Part shown: in pieces, positions 1 through 12,847 of the stretch
Layout: the number at the start of each line of letters is the position of its first letter
Position numbering within the stretch: position 1 is the stretch's first letter
Assembly: GCA_001179505.1 (NCBI GenBank)
Contig: CDMY01000613.1
Location: 62,001-126,000 of the forward strand
DNA length: 64,000 nucleotides
From: Vitrella brassicaformis CCMP3155
Taxonomy: Eukaryota > Protista > Chromerida
Direction: 5' to 3'
The notes under the pieces: generated by a model
The model's input: only the letters and a program-made list of their open reading frames with translations
Database searches by the model: none
Told to the model about the DNA's origin: nothing
Made by a program: the position numbers and the translations under genes

Positions 1-815
1 CACGGCTGCGAACTGGTGGACGTCACGCTCCAGTGGCGGCTGCAGAGACTTCTCAATCGAGCGCCGACAGCTGCACATGAACGAAATGCCAGGCCGCTTT
101 GTGTATGTGTGTATGTGTGTGTGTGTGTGTGTACCCACCGCTTCTGTGCCTCCTGTCTGTCTTTGTCGCGCTCCTCCTTCCTTATCTCCTTTTCGTATTC
201 CTGGAGGCTCGTCCACTGCGACAGTTTCTGCTCCTTGCGCATCTGCATGTCCCTCTCCTGCTGCTCAGCAGCAGCCGCAACCCTCTCAACCTTCTTGCGA
301 CCGATGGCGTGGAGCAGCTCTGAACCAACAGCAGCACACTGCAAGTCTTAGACGGCGGTGTAATACTATGTGACTGACTGACGTCCCTGTCGCTCTTACC
401 CTTTCGTCTCCTCTCCCTGTGCTCATACCGCATCCTCGTCACTTCCGCCGCACATTCGGTCGGCACAGGCCGCAGCGGCACACATCCCCTCGGCAGACCC
501 AGCGTGGCGACCGGCGGATGACACCGCCTCGCCAGGGTGGCATCAATCAGCGACTGGAGCCGTCTCTCGCCCCTCTCCCTCTCTCGCCGGGAAGGCCCAG
601 GCCCCGTGGACGGTTCCGGTGAGTAGAGGAGGGAGATAGGCGGCCGGTGGGCCAGCTCTTCAGGTTTGATGCCCAATATGTTGCGGCTCTCCTTGGAGCG
701 GCTTGTGAGGTCTTGGGTGCGCTCAGTCTCGGGCATCTCGAGGACCGCCTCGATGGGGATCAGGGAGCGTCGACGACGCATCTCTCCTTACTCTCCCATC
801 AGTCTTCTTACGTCT
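1..815 (-). CDS. Partial multi-exon gene, coiled-coil hypothetical protein (5' end in the N gap, 3' end beyond the window start)
   Basis: Minus-strand exons read ...SRNILGIKPEELAHRPPISLLYSPEP / AAEVTRMRYEHRERRRK / SELLHAIGRKKVERVAAAAEQQERDMQMRKEQKLSQWTSLQEYEKEIRKEERDKDRQEAQKRW, with GT..AG introns; charge-rich heptads. Confidence 0.6.
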
Positions 816-1115
816 NNNNNNNNNNNNNNNNNNNNNNNNNNNNNNNNNNNNNNNNNNNNNNNNNNNNNNNNNNNNNNNNNNNNNNNNNNNNNNNNNNNNN
901 NNNNNNNNNNNNNNNNNNNNNNNNNNNNNNNNNNNNNNNNNNNNNNNNNNNNNNNNNNNNNNNNNNNNNNNNNNNNNNNNNNNNNNNNNNNNNNNNNNNN
1001 NNNNNNNNNNNNNNNNNNNNNNNNNNNNNNNNNNNNNNNNNNNNNNNNNNNNNNNNNNNNNNNNNNNNNNNNNNNNNNNNNNNNNNNNNNNNNNNNNNNN
1101 NNNNNNNNNNNNNNN
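816..1115. other. Assembly gap (300 N)
   Basis: Run of 300 N. Confidence 0.99.
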
Positions 1116-1215
1116 GGGTAGGGGGGTACACCTAAGCGTGCGAATGAATCAGCCCCACTGCATGTTCCCGATCGCGCTCAGGAATTGCGCGCTCCATTTT
1201 GTGACTCAGATCTCC

Positions 1216-4200
1216 ATGGATCACGCCATGGACGACGTGCCGGAGGGCGGGGCAGCTGCGGCTGCATCACCAGCCCCAGCACCCTTCGACATCCGCCAAG
1301 GCGCCGTGCCAAAGGATGGATGCCCTCATGTGTTTGTGGGATCTGGCGCTCCCAAGGATGCAGACTGCGCTGAGGTGCCCCTTGACATCGGCAAATATGG
1401 CATTCATCCAAGGGTCGTCGCCGGATACCACAGGAAAGGTACAAGCCAAGCGAGGCACACACAGACAGATGCATATGGGTGAATGTGTGTGTCCACGTTC
1501 TGACCTGACGTGTGTGCAGGTCTGAAGCGTCTGTATCGGTGGCAGGCTGAGTGCCTGTGTGTGCCCGGAGTGTGCGATGGCCACAACCTCATCTACTCAG
1601 CACCGACAAGCGGCGGTATGCGAATGCCAGCCACACAGACCACACCGAGAGGGAACATCTCATCTCACACCGCCGCCATCTTGGCTGCGCTGCGTTCAGG
1701 CAAGACCCTCGTGAGTGAGGTTCTGCTCTTCCGGCACCTGTCCGGCGGAGCCTCCTCATTCACCACTGCCAAGATGGTGATGGTCGTCCTGCCCTTCGTG
1801 TCGGTGGTGTCTGAGAAGGAGCAGCAGCTCAAGCGCGTGGTGCCGTCAGATCTTTACTCCATCCAGGGATTCTATCACGGGTCGGCTCACAAGCTGGGCG
1901 ACTCGCTGCTGTCGACCGACCCCACCGACCGGCAGAGGACGGACATCGCCGTGTGCACGATAGAGAAGGCCAACGGCATCGTCGACTTCATGCTCAGCAA
2001 GGACGGCGACGCCAGTGTGGCGGGAGAGGGGGAGGGGGCCGGCCGCGTGCTGAGAGGCCGGGTGGGCGTGGTGGTCATTGACGAGATACACATGCTGAGC
2101 GAGGCCATGAGGGGCTACCTGCTGGAAGTGCTCCTCACCAAGATCCAGCACTTCGGCAAGGTACAGCGTCCATCCCATCCACGGAAAGGGAGGGGGAAGG
2201 CCCACATACATTGGAAATATCTGTCCGTCTGTGAATGCGCTGCAGGGCAAGATCCAGGTGGTCGGCATGTCGGCGACCCTCCCCAACGCCATCGAGATCG
2301 GCTCATGGCTCAGCGCCAAGGTCTACCTCTGCACCTACCGACCCGTACCGCTCCACGAGTACATCTCATGCCAGTCACGCATCACACACAAGCCTGATGC
2401 AGCGGCAGCGGCAGCGGCGGCAGCCGGTGGGGCCGCACCTGTCTGGACGGACGTGACGGCATCGGTGCTGCCCTTCCCCCTTCCTGCCTTCCTGGAGCAG
2501 GGGTGTGTCCTGGAGGCCATTCGCGTCGTCGAACCCTCGTGGTTTGTGCGACGGACAATGATACCCACATACACATACACAGACATCCTGACTGGCCTCA
2601 CAAGTGTCCGTCCGTGTTGGTGTGTTTTGCCTGCAGGTGTTGGCTGAATCGCAGCACTGACAGCAGCAGCGACAAGGCCAGGGGCAACGTGTGCATGGCG
2701 CATGACGTGTGTGTGGCGGCGCTGTGCCCCGTGCTGGAGGGCCACAGCGTGCTGGTCTTCTGCCCCACCAAAAGGGACGTGGAGATGACGGCACAGGTGC
2801 TGGGGGCCCTGCTGCCAGACAAGCCCAGAGGCGCCGCCACAGATGCGGACAGACAGATGGGTGGGCATCCACGTGACGATAGCTATGGATGTAGAGCGAG
2901 ATGGGAAATCTGCCTTTCCTCTCTGTGCGTTGGTTGGTTGGTTGATTGGCTGATTGGATATATCAGCGTTCCGTCGCAACATGTTGCTGCTGCAGTTGTC
3001 GCAGTGTCCCAACGGCCTCGATCCCGTCCTAAAGCAGAGCGTGCCCAAGAGTGTGGGCTACCACCACGCCGGCCTCACCGTGGAGGAGAGACGAGTCATC
3101 GAACAGGCTTACCGGTGCGTGGCTGTGCTCCTGACCAATCAATCAACCACATCAGCCAGCCACACCAACAGCCTTGGCTGTGCTGTGTGTGTCTTCAGCG
3201 ACGGCACTCTGTCATTGCTGACGGCCACGTCCACTTTGGCAGCAGGGGTCAACCTGCCCGCCCGTCGAGTTGTGTTCAAGTCGCCCTACATCGCCCGCGA
3301 CATGATGGACGCCGTCAAGTACCGCCAGATGGCCGGCCGGGCGGGTCGTGCGGGTCAGGGCAGTGTGGGGGAGGCCATAATGGTGTGCAAGCGGGAGGAC
3401 GAGAGGAAGGTCAAGGAAATCATGACCAGCGGCATGGACAGACTCAACAGCACCTTCACCAAGAACTCCGTCGGGCTGCAGCGCCTCTTTCTGGTGAGAC
3501 AGGGGAGAGGGGAGAGCGGATGATACGGCTGCATGGCATGAACAGAGGAGATGTGTGTGTGTGTGTGTGTGTGTGTGTAGGAGGTGTTGTCGACCACAGA
3601 AGGGTTCGGCACCAACCAGGACCTGATTGGCCTGACCCGTGCGACCCTCCTCTACGCTCAGAAGGACTCCAGCGCCCAACATGATACCAACACGGTGAGT
3701 GACTGCCTGCCTTCTCCAGAACAACCTGTGTGTGTGTGCATCAACCAACGTGCTCACACACACTTACACACACGTGTCTGTTTGCTGTTTGTTGGACTGG
3801 CCGATGCATGCAGACGATGGAAGCTGCCCGCACAGCCTTCCCAGAGACCAACGAAGCCGTCACAGAGCTCGAAAAGCACGGTAGGTCGCATACACACACG
3901 AATGAATGGGCAGAGCAGAGCAGCCATGTGGACGTACGTGTTTGGTTGGATGCATCCGTGAGTGGGTGCAGGTCAGATGCGCTACAACCGTCAGCTGGAC
4001 CGGTACGAGGCCACCGCCCTGGGCAAGGCCGGCTGCCGCGCCGGCCTCACGCCCGAGGAGGGGTTCCTCATCTACCTGGACCTCGACAGAGCAAAGGAGG
4101 CACTCGTAAGTATATATCCCTGTGTCAACACACCACCCCATACACCCATTGCATGCACCAGGGCCGTCTCTGTGTTGTCACGTTCTAATAATCAGGTGCA

Positions 4201-7200
4201 GACGGCTGATTTGTGGGTGCTGTACCTGGTGTCGCCTCTGGCGTCGCCCCTCCGTGCGAATCAGATCCAGTGGGGGACATATGTCGACATGCTCGTGCAG
4301 TTCCAGGAGCCAACCGCCTCCATGATCCGCAAGATCGGCATACACATCGACTACGTCGACGGCGTCAGGCAAAAGGCGAGAAGAGGGAGAGGAGAGAGAG
4401 GGGGGCATGGCAGCCATGCGTCGCATCCTGATGGCCTGGTGTTGTGTGTGTATGTGTGTGTGTGTTTGGGGTACAGAAAGGTCAGCTGCCTCCGCATGAG
4501 CTGAATGGGACGGACTACAGGCGCCACGCACGATTCTACGCCACACTCATCCTATGGTGCGCGCGAACACAACACAACACAACACATAGGTGTATGTGTG
4601 TGCTCCCTCCCCATTCATTGACGGTGCGGTGCCTGTGTGAGCAGGTTCCTGCTTCGCGGTAGTCCCTTGAGCGATCTGGAGGAGGTCTTCTCGCTAAGCA
4701 AAGGCGAGATACAAAGCATACACTCACAGGCCATACTACTCGCCGGACGAGTATCNNNNNNNNNNNNNNNNNNNNNNNNNNNNNNNNNNNNNNNNNNNNN
4801 NNNNNNNNNNNNNNNNNNNNNNNNNNNNNNNNNNNNNNNNNNNNNNNNNNNNNNNNNNNNNNNNNNNNNNNNNNNNNNNNNNNNNNNNNNNNNNNNNNNN
4901 NNNNNNNNNNNNNNNNNNNNNNNNNNNNNNNNNNNNNNNNNNNNNNNNNNNNNNNNNNNNNNNNNNNNNNNNNNNNNNNNNNNNNNNNNNNNNNNNNNNN
5001 NNNNNNNNNNNNNNNNNNNNNNNNNNNNNNNNNNNNNNNNNNNNNNNNNNNNNNNACACACACACACATACACACCCACCAGCGCGTGTTGATCCCATCC
5101 CACTTTGTGCTCGCTAAGTGACACGTTGGGACTGCACTTCCTGGGTGCGTTGGTGCGCGAGATGGGCGACCGCATCTTCTACCTCAACAAGAAGGAGCTG
5201 GAGCCGCTGCTCCACATACCCGGCGTCACACAAACACAGGCCAGGTGAGTGCACGTGGCTGAGCAGTGATTGAGTGCAAGGATGCATTCATGGCCATACG
5301 TCCATCTCCCTCTCCGTCTGTGTGTCTGTCTCTGATGCAGAATCTTGTTCCAGTTGGGCTTCAAGGACCCCGTGTCACTGGCCAAGGCCAAGCCCGCCCT
5401 GCTGAGCCAGGCCATCCGCCAGACCTTCAAGAACAGGCAGCAGAAGGAGTTCGGCTTCCTGCGACACGGCCAGGGGCAAGAGGGGGACGATAGCGGCGAG
5501 ACGTTCGATTGGGTGCTGAAGGTGGCCAAGGAGCTGGTGGCGGCCGCACAGGCCATGACCATCGTCAAGGCCAACAAGGATGGACGAGAGGCGCACGAGT
5601 ACGTCAAGAAGCACCAGCAGCAGCAGCAGCAGCAGCGGCCGAGCACCAATGGGCGCGACCAGCACCAGAGCCAGCACCAGCAGCGGGAGCAGGGGCAGGG
5701 ACAGGGTGAGGGTGAGGCGGGTGGTGGTGACCCCATGGCGATCGACACAGACGAGGATGACCAACAGGTGGGTGGCCCCTCCCTCCCTCCCTCCCTCCCT
5801 TCCTACCACTACACATTCGCACGCGTCTCTCTTTCTGTGAATGTTCACTCAGCACGGCCTGGCGTTTCTTGAGGAGGGCACGGACGATGACGACGCGATG
5901 GTGCTCGTTGGCGGCACCGGCACCGACCCATCCCCCTCTGCCCCCTTATCTGGGGCGCCCCCGCCGCCCCACCGCCGACTCGTCGAGGCCCCTCCACAGC
6001 CCACGGCCTTCGCTGTCGACACCGACGATATGTCCGACTTGGCGGCACTCATTGACGACGTCGAGAAAGAGGGCGTCGACAAGGGCGTCCCGCCAGAGGT
6101 GCTCCTGTACGACTCCGCCGAGCAAGACCAGCAGCAGGAGGAGGATGACACGACGACAGGCGACGGCCAAGAGGGTGGTGGTGATGGTGCCGACGGACAG
6201 GGCGGCGTGGGGGTGCTGGTCAACACGACTGACCACCTGGGCGCCGCCGACCTTCAGGCCTTCCAGCGACACTTCGCAACGGCTCTCAGAGGACGGGCAG
6301 CAGCCAACCACCCCAGGAAGCGGGCATCATCGGCCCACAGCAATGCTGCGTCAGACGCCATGGCGATCGAGCCCGAAGCGTTCCATGCCAGGTGCACCCC
6401 CTCCCCGCCCCTCCGCCCTTCCCCACCGCCGCGCCGCGCAGCGACAGTTGCTGTTGCTGCTGCTCCTCGGAAGCGACAGAGAATGGACCAGCATGAGGAG
6501 GAGGGAAATGGAGATTGGCAAGAGGGTGGAGACGTACCGAGCAGCGCCGTGTCTGATGAGATGATGGAGCTTGATCTGGATGTGGGCCACCGGCCGAAGA
6601 CTGAGGGGGCGGCGATGGGGATGAGGGGCAGGCAGGGGCACGGGGTGGAGGAGGAGCTCTCGATTACCTTCACGGTGCCGAGAGGAAGCAGAGAGGCTGT
6701 CTGGGCCGCTCTCAGACGGGTGAGGGGAACAAGAGCACACCCACACCATGCAGCAGGCAGAGGACCCGCATTCATTCCCTTGTTCTGTGTGCGCCATGCG
6801 ATGGATGCAGCTGGGCCGCCTCAACATGACTGACGAGGACGAGTGGGCCGTGCACGAGCACCAGAAGGCCCTGACGGCCCCAGCAAGCCTCACACGCCAA
6901 GATTCTCCCCTCCTCTCACCCACAGAAGCCAACCACCACCACAACCAGCAGCACCAGCAGCAGCAGCAGCCGCCCGACATCGGTGCCGACTCCCCCATGC
7001 AGACGTCCCCCGCCATGCCGCGAGCAAGAGAAGAGAGTGGCCACGGCAGCACACAGAACGGCAGCAGCGGTTTGTTCGACTGGCTCATGCCCCCGCCAAG
7101 ACGAGGGCATGATGACGTGGATATGGCCGAGGAGGTGGTGCCGTCGCTCAGAGGCCTGCAAGACCTGTGTGGTGGCGAGGTGATCGAGGGCGATGACCGG

Positions 7201-9611
7201 TCGGTGCTCATGAGGGTGCCGCGGGAGCTCACCGAGCCCATCCTCATTGACGTGGTGCCGCAGGACATCGACAGCAGTGAGGAGGAGTGGCGGTACTTCA
7301 ATGACGTCCTTCCGATCGCCCAGGGGTACCTCGAGCAAGCCCTGCAGGGGTCCTCCCTCATCGCAATCAGCATCGTCTACACCCTCAACATGCAGACACC
7401 GGCAGCAGCAGCAGCAGCAGCAGCAGCCCCCCAGGGATCAAGCCCCCTCATCCCCATCAAGGTGGCCCTCACGTGTCCCGCCTTCGGCACATTCATCCTC
7501 TTCATCCCCTCTCCACCTGTATCCTCACCCTGGTCCATGGGGGGCTCGGGTCTGCCGGCGTGTCTGCTGGCCTGGCTGCAGGAGCCGTCACACGTGGTGG
7601 TGGCGGAGGACGGCAAGGACTTCCTCAAGTACCTCCACATGCACGGCTGGCAAGCGAAATGCGCGTTTCGCGACGTCAAAGTCGCCGACTGGCTGCTCGA
7701 CCCGGACGACTCACAGGCCATCGAGTACAACGACCAGCTCACGGAGCGATACGCCATCCGCGTGGAGAAGACTGACGGCGGCGGCCGACAGCCGGTTTCT
7801 CGGCCGCCAATGGGCAGCTTCCCCCGTCGGCTGGCCAACGCGTGTCTGCAGCCGATAGTGGAGAGCCAGTGGGAGCTGCTGGTGCTGATGGCAAGGCTGG
7901 GGGAGGAGCTGCGGCAGACGGCGGAGGGGGGCGGGCTGTGGCGTGTGTACCGGCATCTCGAGATGAGGTGCATGTGTGTGGTGGCGGCCATGGAGAGCGT
8001 CGGGCTGGCCGTCCACCCCACGTGGCTCAACACACAGCACCAGATCGAATTCCAGCTGCGGAATATAGAGGTGGGTGCGAGGGAGAAAGCCATCAGCCAT
8101 CCCCCAATACATGTATGCACACACCTGCCTGTCTGTGTGTGTGTCTATAGCGTTGGAGCGAGTCGAAGTTTCGGCGCTACGTGAACCTCCAGTCGGCTGA
8201 GGACACCGGCGCGGCCCTCTTCCGCGACCTCCAGCTGCCCGTCCCCGACGGCGTCACCTTCAGACGCAAGCCGAACGGCAACATCAGATACCGATCCGGC
8301 ATGGTGTGCATGGCATGACCCAAACGGACGGACAGCACTGCAGGGCGGGCTCATATCATTCGTGTGGTGTATGTGTGTGTGTGTCAGGACATCTTGAATG
8401 CGATCAGGAACCCGCCGCCGATAGTGGAGCTGATCCAGGGGTACAGGAAGCTCATCGACCTACAGCGCAAGTCACAGACCATCGCCACATTCGCCACATA
8501 CGTCGACCCACCACCACCAGGACGGCCGAGGACCTCCACATTCGGCCTCGACCCCCTGTGCTCATCATGCGTGATGCAGCTGCTGCAGGCGGAGGACCAG
8601 CCGATTGGTCGCGACCTGGGCGAGTGGCCGCCCAAGTTCATGAGACCTCGCGTCAAGTGAGTCAGACACACGAGGGATGGCAAGACACATCCTTGCATGT
8701 GTGTGTGCATGTGTGTATTGGTGTGTGTGTGTGTCAGGTCTCACTTCAACATGACCGGGACAGCCACGGGTCGTTTCTCGTCGCATGAGCCCAACCTCTT
8801 CGTGGTGGACAACCCGCACCTGATCTACCTCCCCAAGCTCCCCAGCATCCACAAAGACATGGCTGCCATCACCAGACACCCACACCTGCACCCCGCCCTC
8901 ACACACAGACTCCACCCCTTCATCGGCCTCTCACACGCGGCACCGCCACTCGCCCCACAGCTCTTCGACGCATCAATGGCCTTCTTCCGCAGCATCCTGG
9001 CTTCCACGCAGGGCACTGGCAGTGGAGATGGGGTGGTGCCGGGTGCTGCCGCTGCCGCTGGTGGCGGCACCAACACCAACGGCGAGCAAGATGATGGTGG
9101 TCATCCGAACAAGACTGTCGGTGATCGCTATGAGTGGGTGTTTGTGCAGCGGGCGGACCAACCTCCCCCGGGGGACGAGCCCGAGGACAGCCAGACGGTG
9201 GAGGTGGACTTCAGCCGCATGTTCCACAAGGGCGTGCTGCACTCGATCCTGCTCGACAAGTCGGTCATGGACCCCTATGGGGCAGCAGGGGCCAAGGGGG
9301 ACCAGGCCAAGCCGCTCGTTGACTACTGGCGCGAGAAGGGGCACCACTACTCTGACGAAGACGCCAAAGTAGTGAGGCAGGTCAGAAGAGCACCACACAC
9401 GGCCCCTCTGTCGGCTGTCTCTTTGACGTATGTCCCTATCTCTTTTGTCCAGGTGCGTGTCCGTCTGCACCGGCCGGACGGCCCCCTGCTGACCTACCCG
9501 GCCAACAAGGTGTACCGATGCACATCAGAGGTGCCGCCGCCTACCCCGCCCCAAGCCACACCCCCACAGCCACCAGCCCTGCCGCCCGCTGCATCCGCTG
9601 GGTCGCCACAG

Positions 9612-9643
<32 letters not shown>

Positions 9644-11062
9644 GCGAGCTCCGCCAAAGGTGCTTGTCAGCAACGTGACCTTGCGTGACATGTTTCGGTG
9701 TGAGGACGGCTGGACCCTCCTGACTGTCGACTACTCACAGATAGAGGTGAGACGGACAGACGGGGGAAGATGGCGTGTGATGTGGTTGGTGGTGGATTGT
9801 GGCCGTGTCGGGCTGCGCTGTTGTGCTGTGTGCACTCGTGTGCAGTTTCGGCTGTTTTGTCACTTTAGCGGTGATCCCATGCTGCTGCGGGCATTCAACG
9901 AGGGCAAAGACCCATTCACGACCATCGCAGCCGAGATATTCGAGAAGGTGCCCATCCACCCACCACACACAAACCCGTTTCCTGGCGTCCATCTGTCTGT
10001 CTGTCTGCCTGCATGTCTGTGTGTGTTGTCAGAGTGACTCGTGTGTGACGGGCCAGGAGCGCGCGAGTGCCAAGAGGCTGTGCTATGCGCTGCTGTACGG
10101 CATGAGCGCCAGGGGTCTGGCCAGGCAGCTCGACATGGACGTCAGGGATGCACCTGACTTCATCAAACGATTCCACCAGCGATTCCCGGTACGTGCATCC
10201 ATCCATCCATCCATCCATCAGTCCTTCCTCTGTCTCCGTGTGCATCACCATGCGACTGACTGTGCAGGGGGCACGGTCGTTGCTGGAGCGGTGCCGCGAC
10301 AAGGTCCGTCGCCATGGCTACGTGGAGACGCTGCTCGGTAGACGGAGATACCTACCGGGACTCAAGAGCAGGTCAGACAGCGCGGGAATGAGCAAGGGCA
10401 TCCACGCAACACACAAGGAGAGAGATGTGCACGTGTGTGTGTGTGTCTGTGTGTGTCGATGGGCGGCTGGCAGCGACTGGGCTGAGCGCAGCAAGGCGGA
10501 GCGGCAGGCCATCAACACACTGTGCCAGGTACGCAGAAAGGGATGCAAAAGACTCACACACATACCCCCTCTCCACTTGTCTGCCTGCCTCCCTCCCTCT
10601 TTGGCTGCAGGCGTCTGGTGCGGACATCATCAAGTGTGCCATGGTGGCCGTCACCGACGCCCTCGACCAACAAACAGACCCCCCCACCCACCGATCGAAA
10701 TACCCACACACACCGCCCAAGACGTCACCTGCAGCATCGCCCGCAGCAGCAGCAGCAGCAGCATCGGCCGCATCGGGGGGCCAGTGGGTTGGTAGTGCGT
10801 GTGAGTGCGACCGTTCTGTGCGTCTGGTGCTGCAGCTGCACGACGAACTGCTGTTCGAAGTCAGGGACGACGTGCTCGACCATGTCAGGTCAGTCTGAGA
10901 AGCGCTTGTGTGGTGCATGCAACACCATGTGTATGCGGTGTGTGCGTGCGCGTTGGTGTGTGCAGTTCAGTGGTGGTGTCAGTGATGGAGCGTGTGGTTC
11001 GGCTGAAGGTGCCGCTGAAGGTCAGGTGCAAGACCGGCAAGACCTGGGGATCACTCAAGTGA
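1216..11062 (+). CDS. POLQ: DNA polymerase theta: N-terminal Ski2-like SF2 helicase, low-complexity linker, exonuclease-like domain, family A polymerase; many introns; spans a gap
   Basis: Spliced motifs: LYRWQAECL, NLIYSAPTSGGKTL (Walker A), VVVIDEIHML (DExH), VGYHHAGLTVEER, TSTLAAGVNLPARRV, YRQMAGRAGR; DVKVADWLLDPDD; TGTATGRFSSHEPN; PolA motif A TVDYSQIE, motif B RASAKRLCYALLYG, RQAINTLCQASGAD, motif C LQLHDELLFEV; ends VRCKTGKTWGSLK-TGA at 11062. Confidence 0.95.
4756..5055. other. Assembly gap (300 N) inside POLQ
   Basis: Run of 300 N. Confidence 0.99.
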
Positions 11063-11318
11063 CCCCCAATGTGCAGATCAATGAGGGCGCAGATATGTAG
11101 CTATAGCCGTGTTGGCTTCTGGACCATGCCCAGACGCACGTGTATAGATATGTTCATGAGACGCTTGTACAGGACGTCACTCACGTCACAGTCAGGCATC
11201 ACTGTGTCCAGCGCATCCGTCAGACTGTCGCACGTATGAGTCGACCACAAAAATCGGCCGACAAGAACAGAACAGGACACTTCGCACCACACTCACACCG
11301 AACCAATCGCTTGCCTGC

Positions 11319-12700
11319 TCAGTCACAGAGCATTGGCGATGGCACTCCACACCCTCCCCCCTCCTCACCCACCACGTACACAGGCTGATACGATGGGGCA
11401 ACCGGTGACTGCAGCTCCTTAAGCGTGCTTCTCCCCTCGCGACTACCCGAGAATCTGACTCTCTCGTACACGAACATGGTGTACCCCCTGTCCTGCCGCT
11501 TGAACGAGAGCTCAAGCTCGTCCTCTCCCGTCACACGGAGTCGCACTGAGACCCACAAAATGCCTGACTCATCGGGCCTCACCCCGAGAGACGACAGCAG
11601 TGAGTTGTCCATAAATTCCTCAGTCAGCCACCCATTCCCCTCATGCACACCCGTCTCCCTCGCCTGGCTAGTGATCGGGAGCACGCAGCACTTGCACAAG
11701 TCAGGGCCTGGTGTTGCCACAAAGGCCAGCCGCCGTTCTCCTGTCTGCCGCTCGACGTAGTAACAAAGGTGGTAGGATGTCGAGTCAGTACTGTCCCTCT
11801 CCCGCCACGGCCCACACAGGGGCTCTCCCGAGATGGCCAGACGCCACCGGGGGATGGGCGAGGGCGCAGGGTACCCGAGAGGGAAGCGCGGAATGCCGAG
11901 GACCCCGGCATCGATGCCGTCCTGGCCGAAGGGGACCTCCTTGTGATTTAACCGATCGCCCCAGCTGTTCTTGACTAACCACCTGCAAAAAAAAGGCAGG
12001 CACGCAGGCAGCAGAGTTACAGGGCCGATAGTAGCGGATGAGCCAGTCATCTTCACTTACGCCCACTGGCCGTATGGCATCTTCTTCCAGCCGTCGATGA
12101 CAACGGCGTGCAGGCCCCGCGGTGTCGTGTGCCCACTCTGCGTGTCGTACGCGCCTTCTGGCGCGCCAGTGAAATCAGCCGTGACCTCAAAACCTGAATC
12201 AAAGGACGCCAATCAACAGGTGCCAAAGTATCCCTCAAACGTACCTGTGGACACGACGGGCCCCTTGTGCTCGATCCATCTGAATAAGAAGGATGCCCAA
12301 ACAGATCGGTCTCGTATATCATCTCTTTACTTCATCTGTACCGGCAGATCTCCTCCACCCTCTCATGCTCCGTGCGTCCATGGCCAACGCGCATAGGAGG
12401 CGCACCGGTCAGACACTCCAGTGCATGAGCAGGGTTTCCACCATCTTCAGCAGAGGCAACACCGCACAGACGCATCACCCGCTCCTCAGTGCACAGATGG
12501 GACAGTTCCCGGAGATCCTCAGATTGCCAGCCGCTTTGCTGTAAGGCATAGCATTTCCATCCAACGGCGGGTGCGTGGATCCAGCATGTGCCGGCGTTTT
12601 GCTGGACGGGTTGGTCGAGGACAGCTCTCAGAACAGGCCACTTATCTCGGCAGTCAAAGCTGACAGGGAGGTTTTCGGGAGGCCGCAGCCGCCCTGCCAT
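11319..12700 (-). CDS. Papain-family (C1A) cysteine protease with about 200-aa C-terminal extension; no signal peptide or prodomain evident
   Basis: Four exons: LPVSFDCRDKWP..DQPVQQNAGTCWIHA (Gln/Cys) ..DGGNPAHA..EEICR|WIEHKGPVVST|GFEVTADF..LHAVVIDGW (His)..W|AWLVKNSWG (Asn). Alternative upstream ATG at 12766. Confidence 0.85.
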
Positions 12701-12847
12701 CGCCAGATCTACTGCTCTGTCATTCACTTGCGAGCTCAAAGAGGGGTGGGGGCGGCACCGTCTCATTGGCAGCGGTCGTCATTCTTCCCTTATACTTCGT
12801 CTCAGCATCCTGGGCCTGCGATCACATCGTCTCACGGGAACCAAGTC

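Noticed and set aside
647-1135. ORFs with long X runs (also at 4536-5175 and 35376-36677)
   Set aside because: Artefacts of translating through N gaps.
6748-11062. PolA domain as a separate bacterial or organellar Pol I acquired by HGT
   Set aside because: It is continuous with the HELQ-type helicase, has Pol theta-type motifs and many introns, and has no 5'-3' exonuclease domain.
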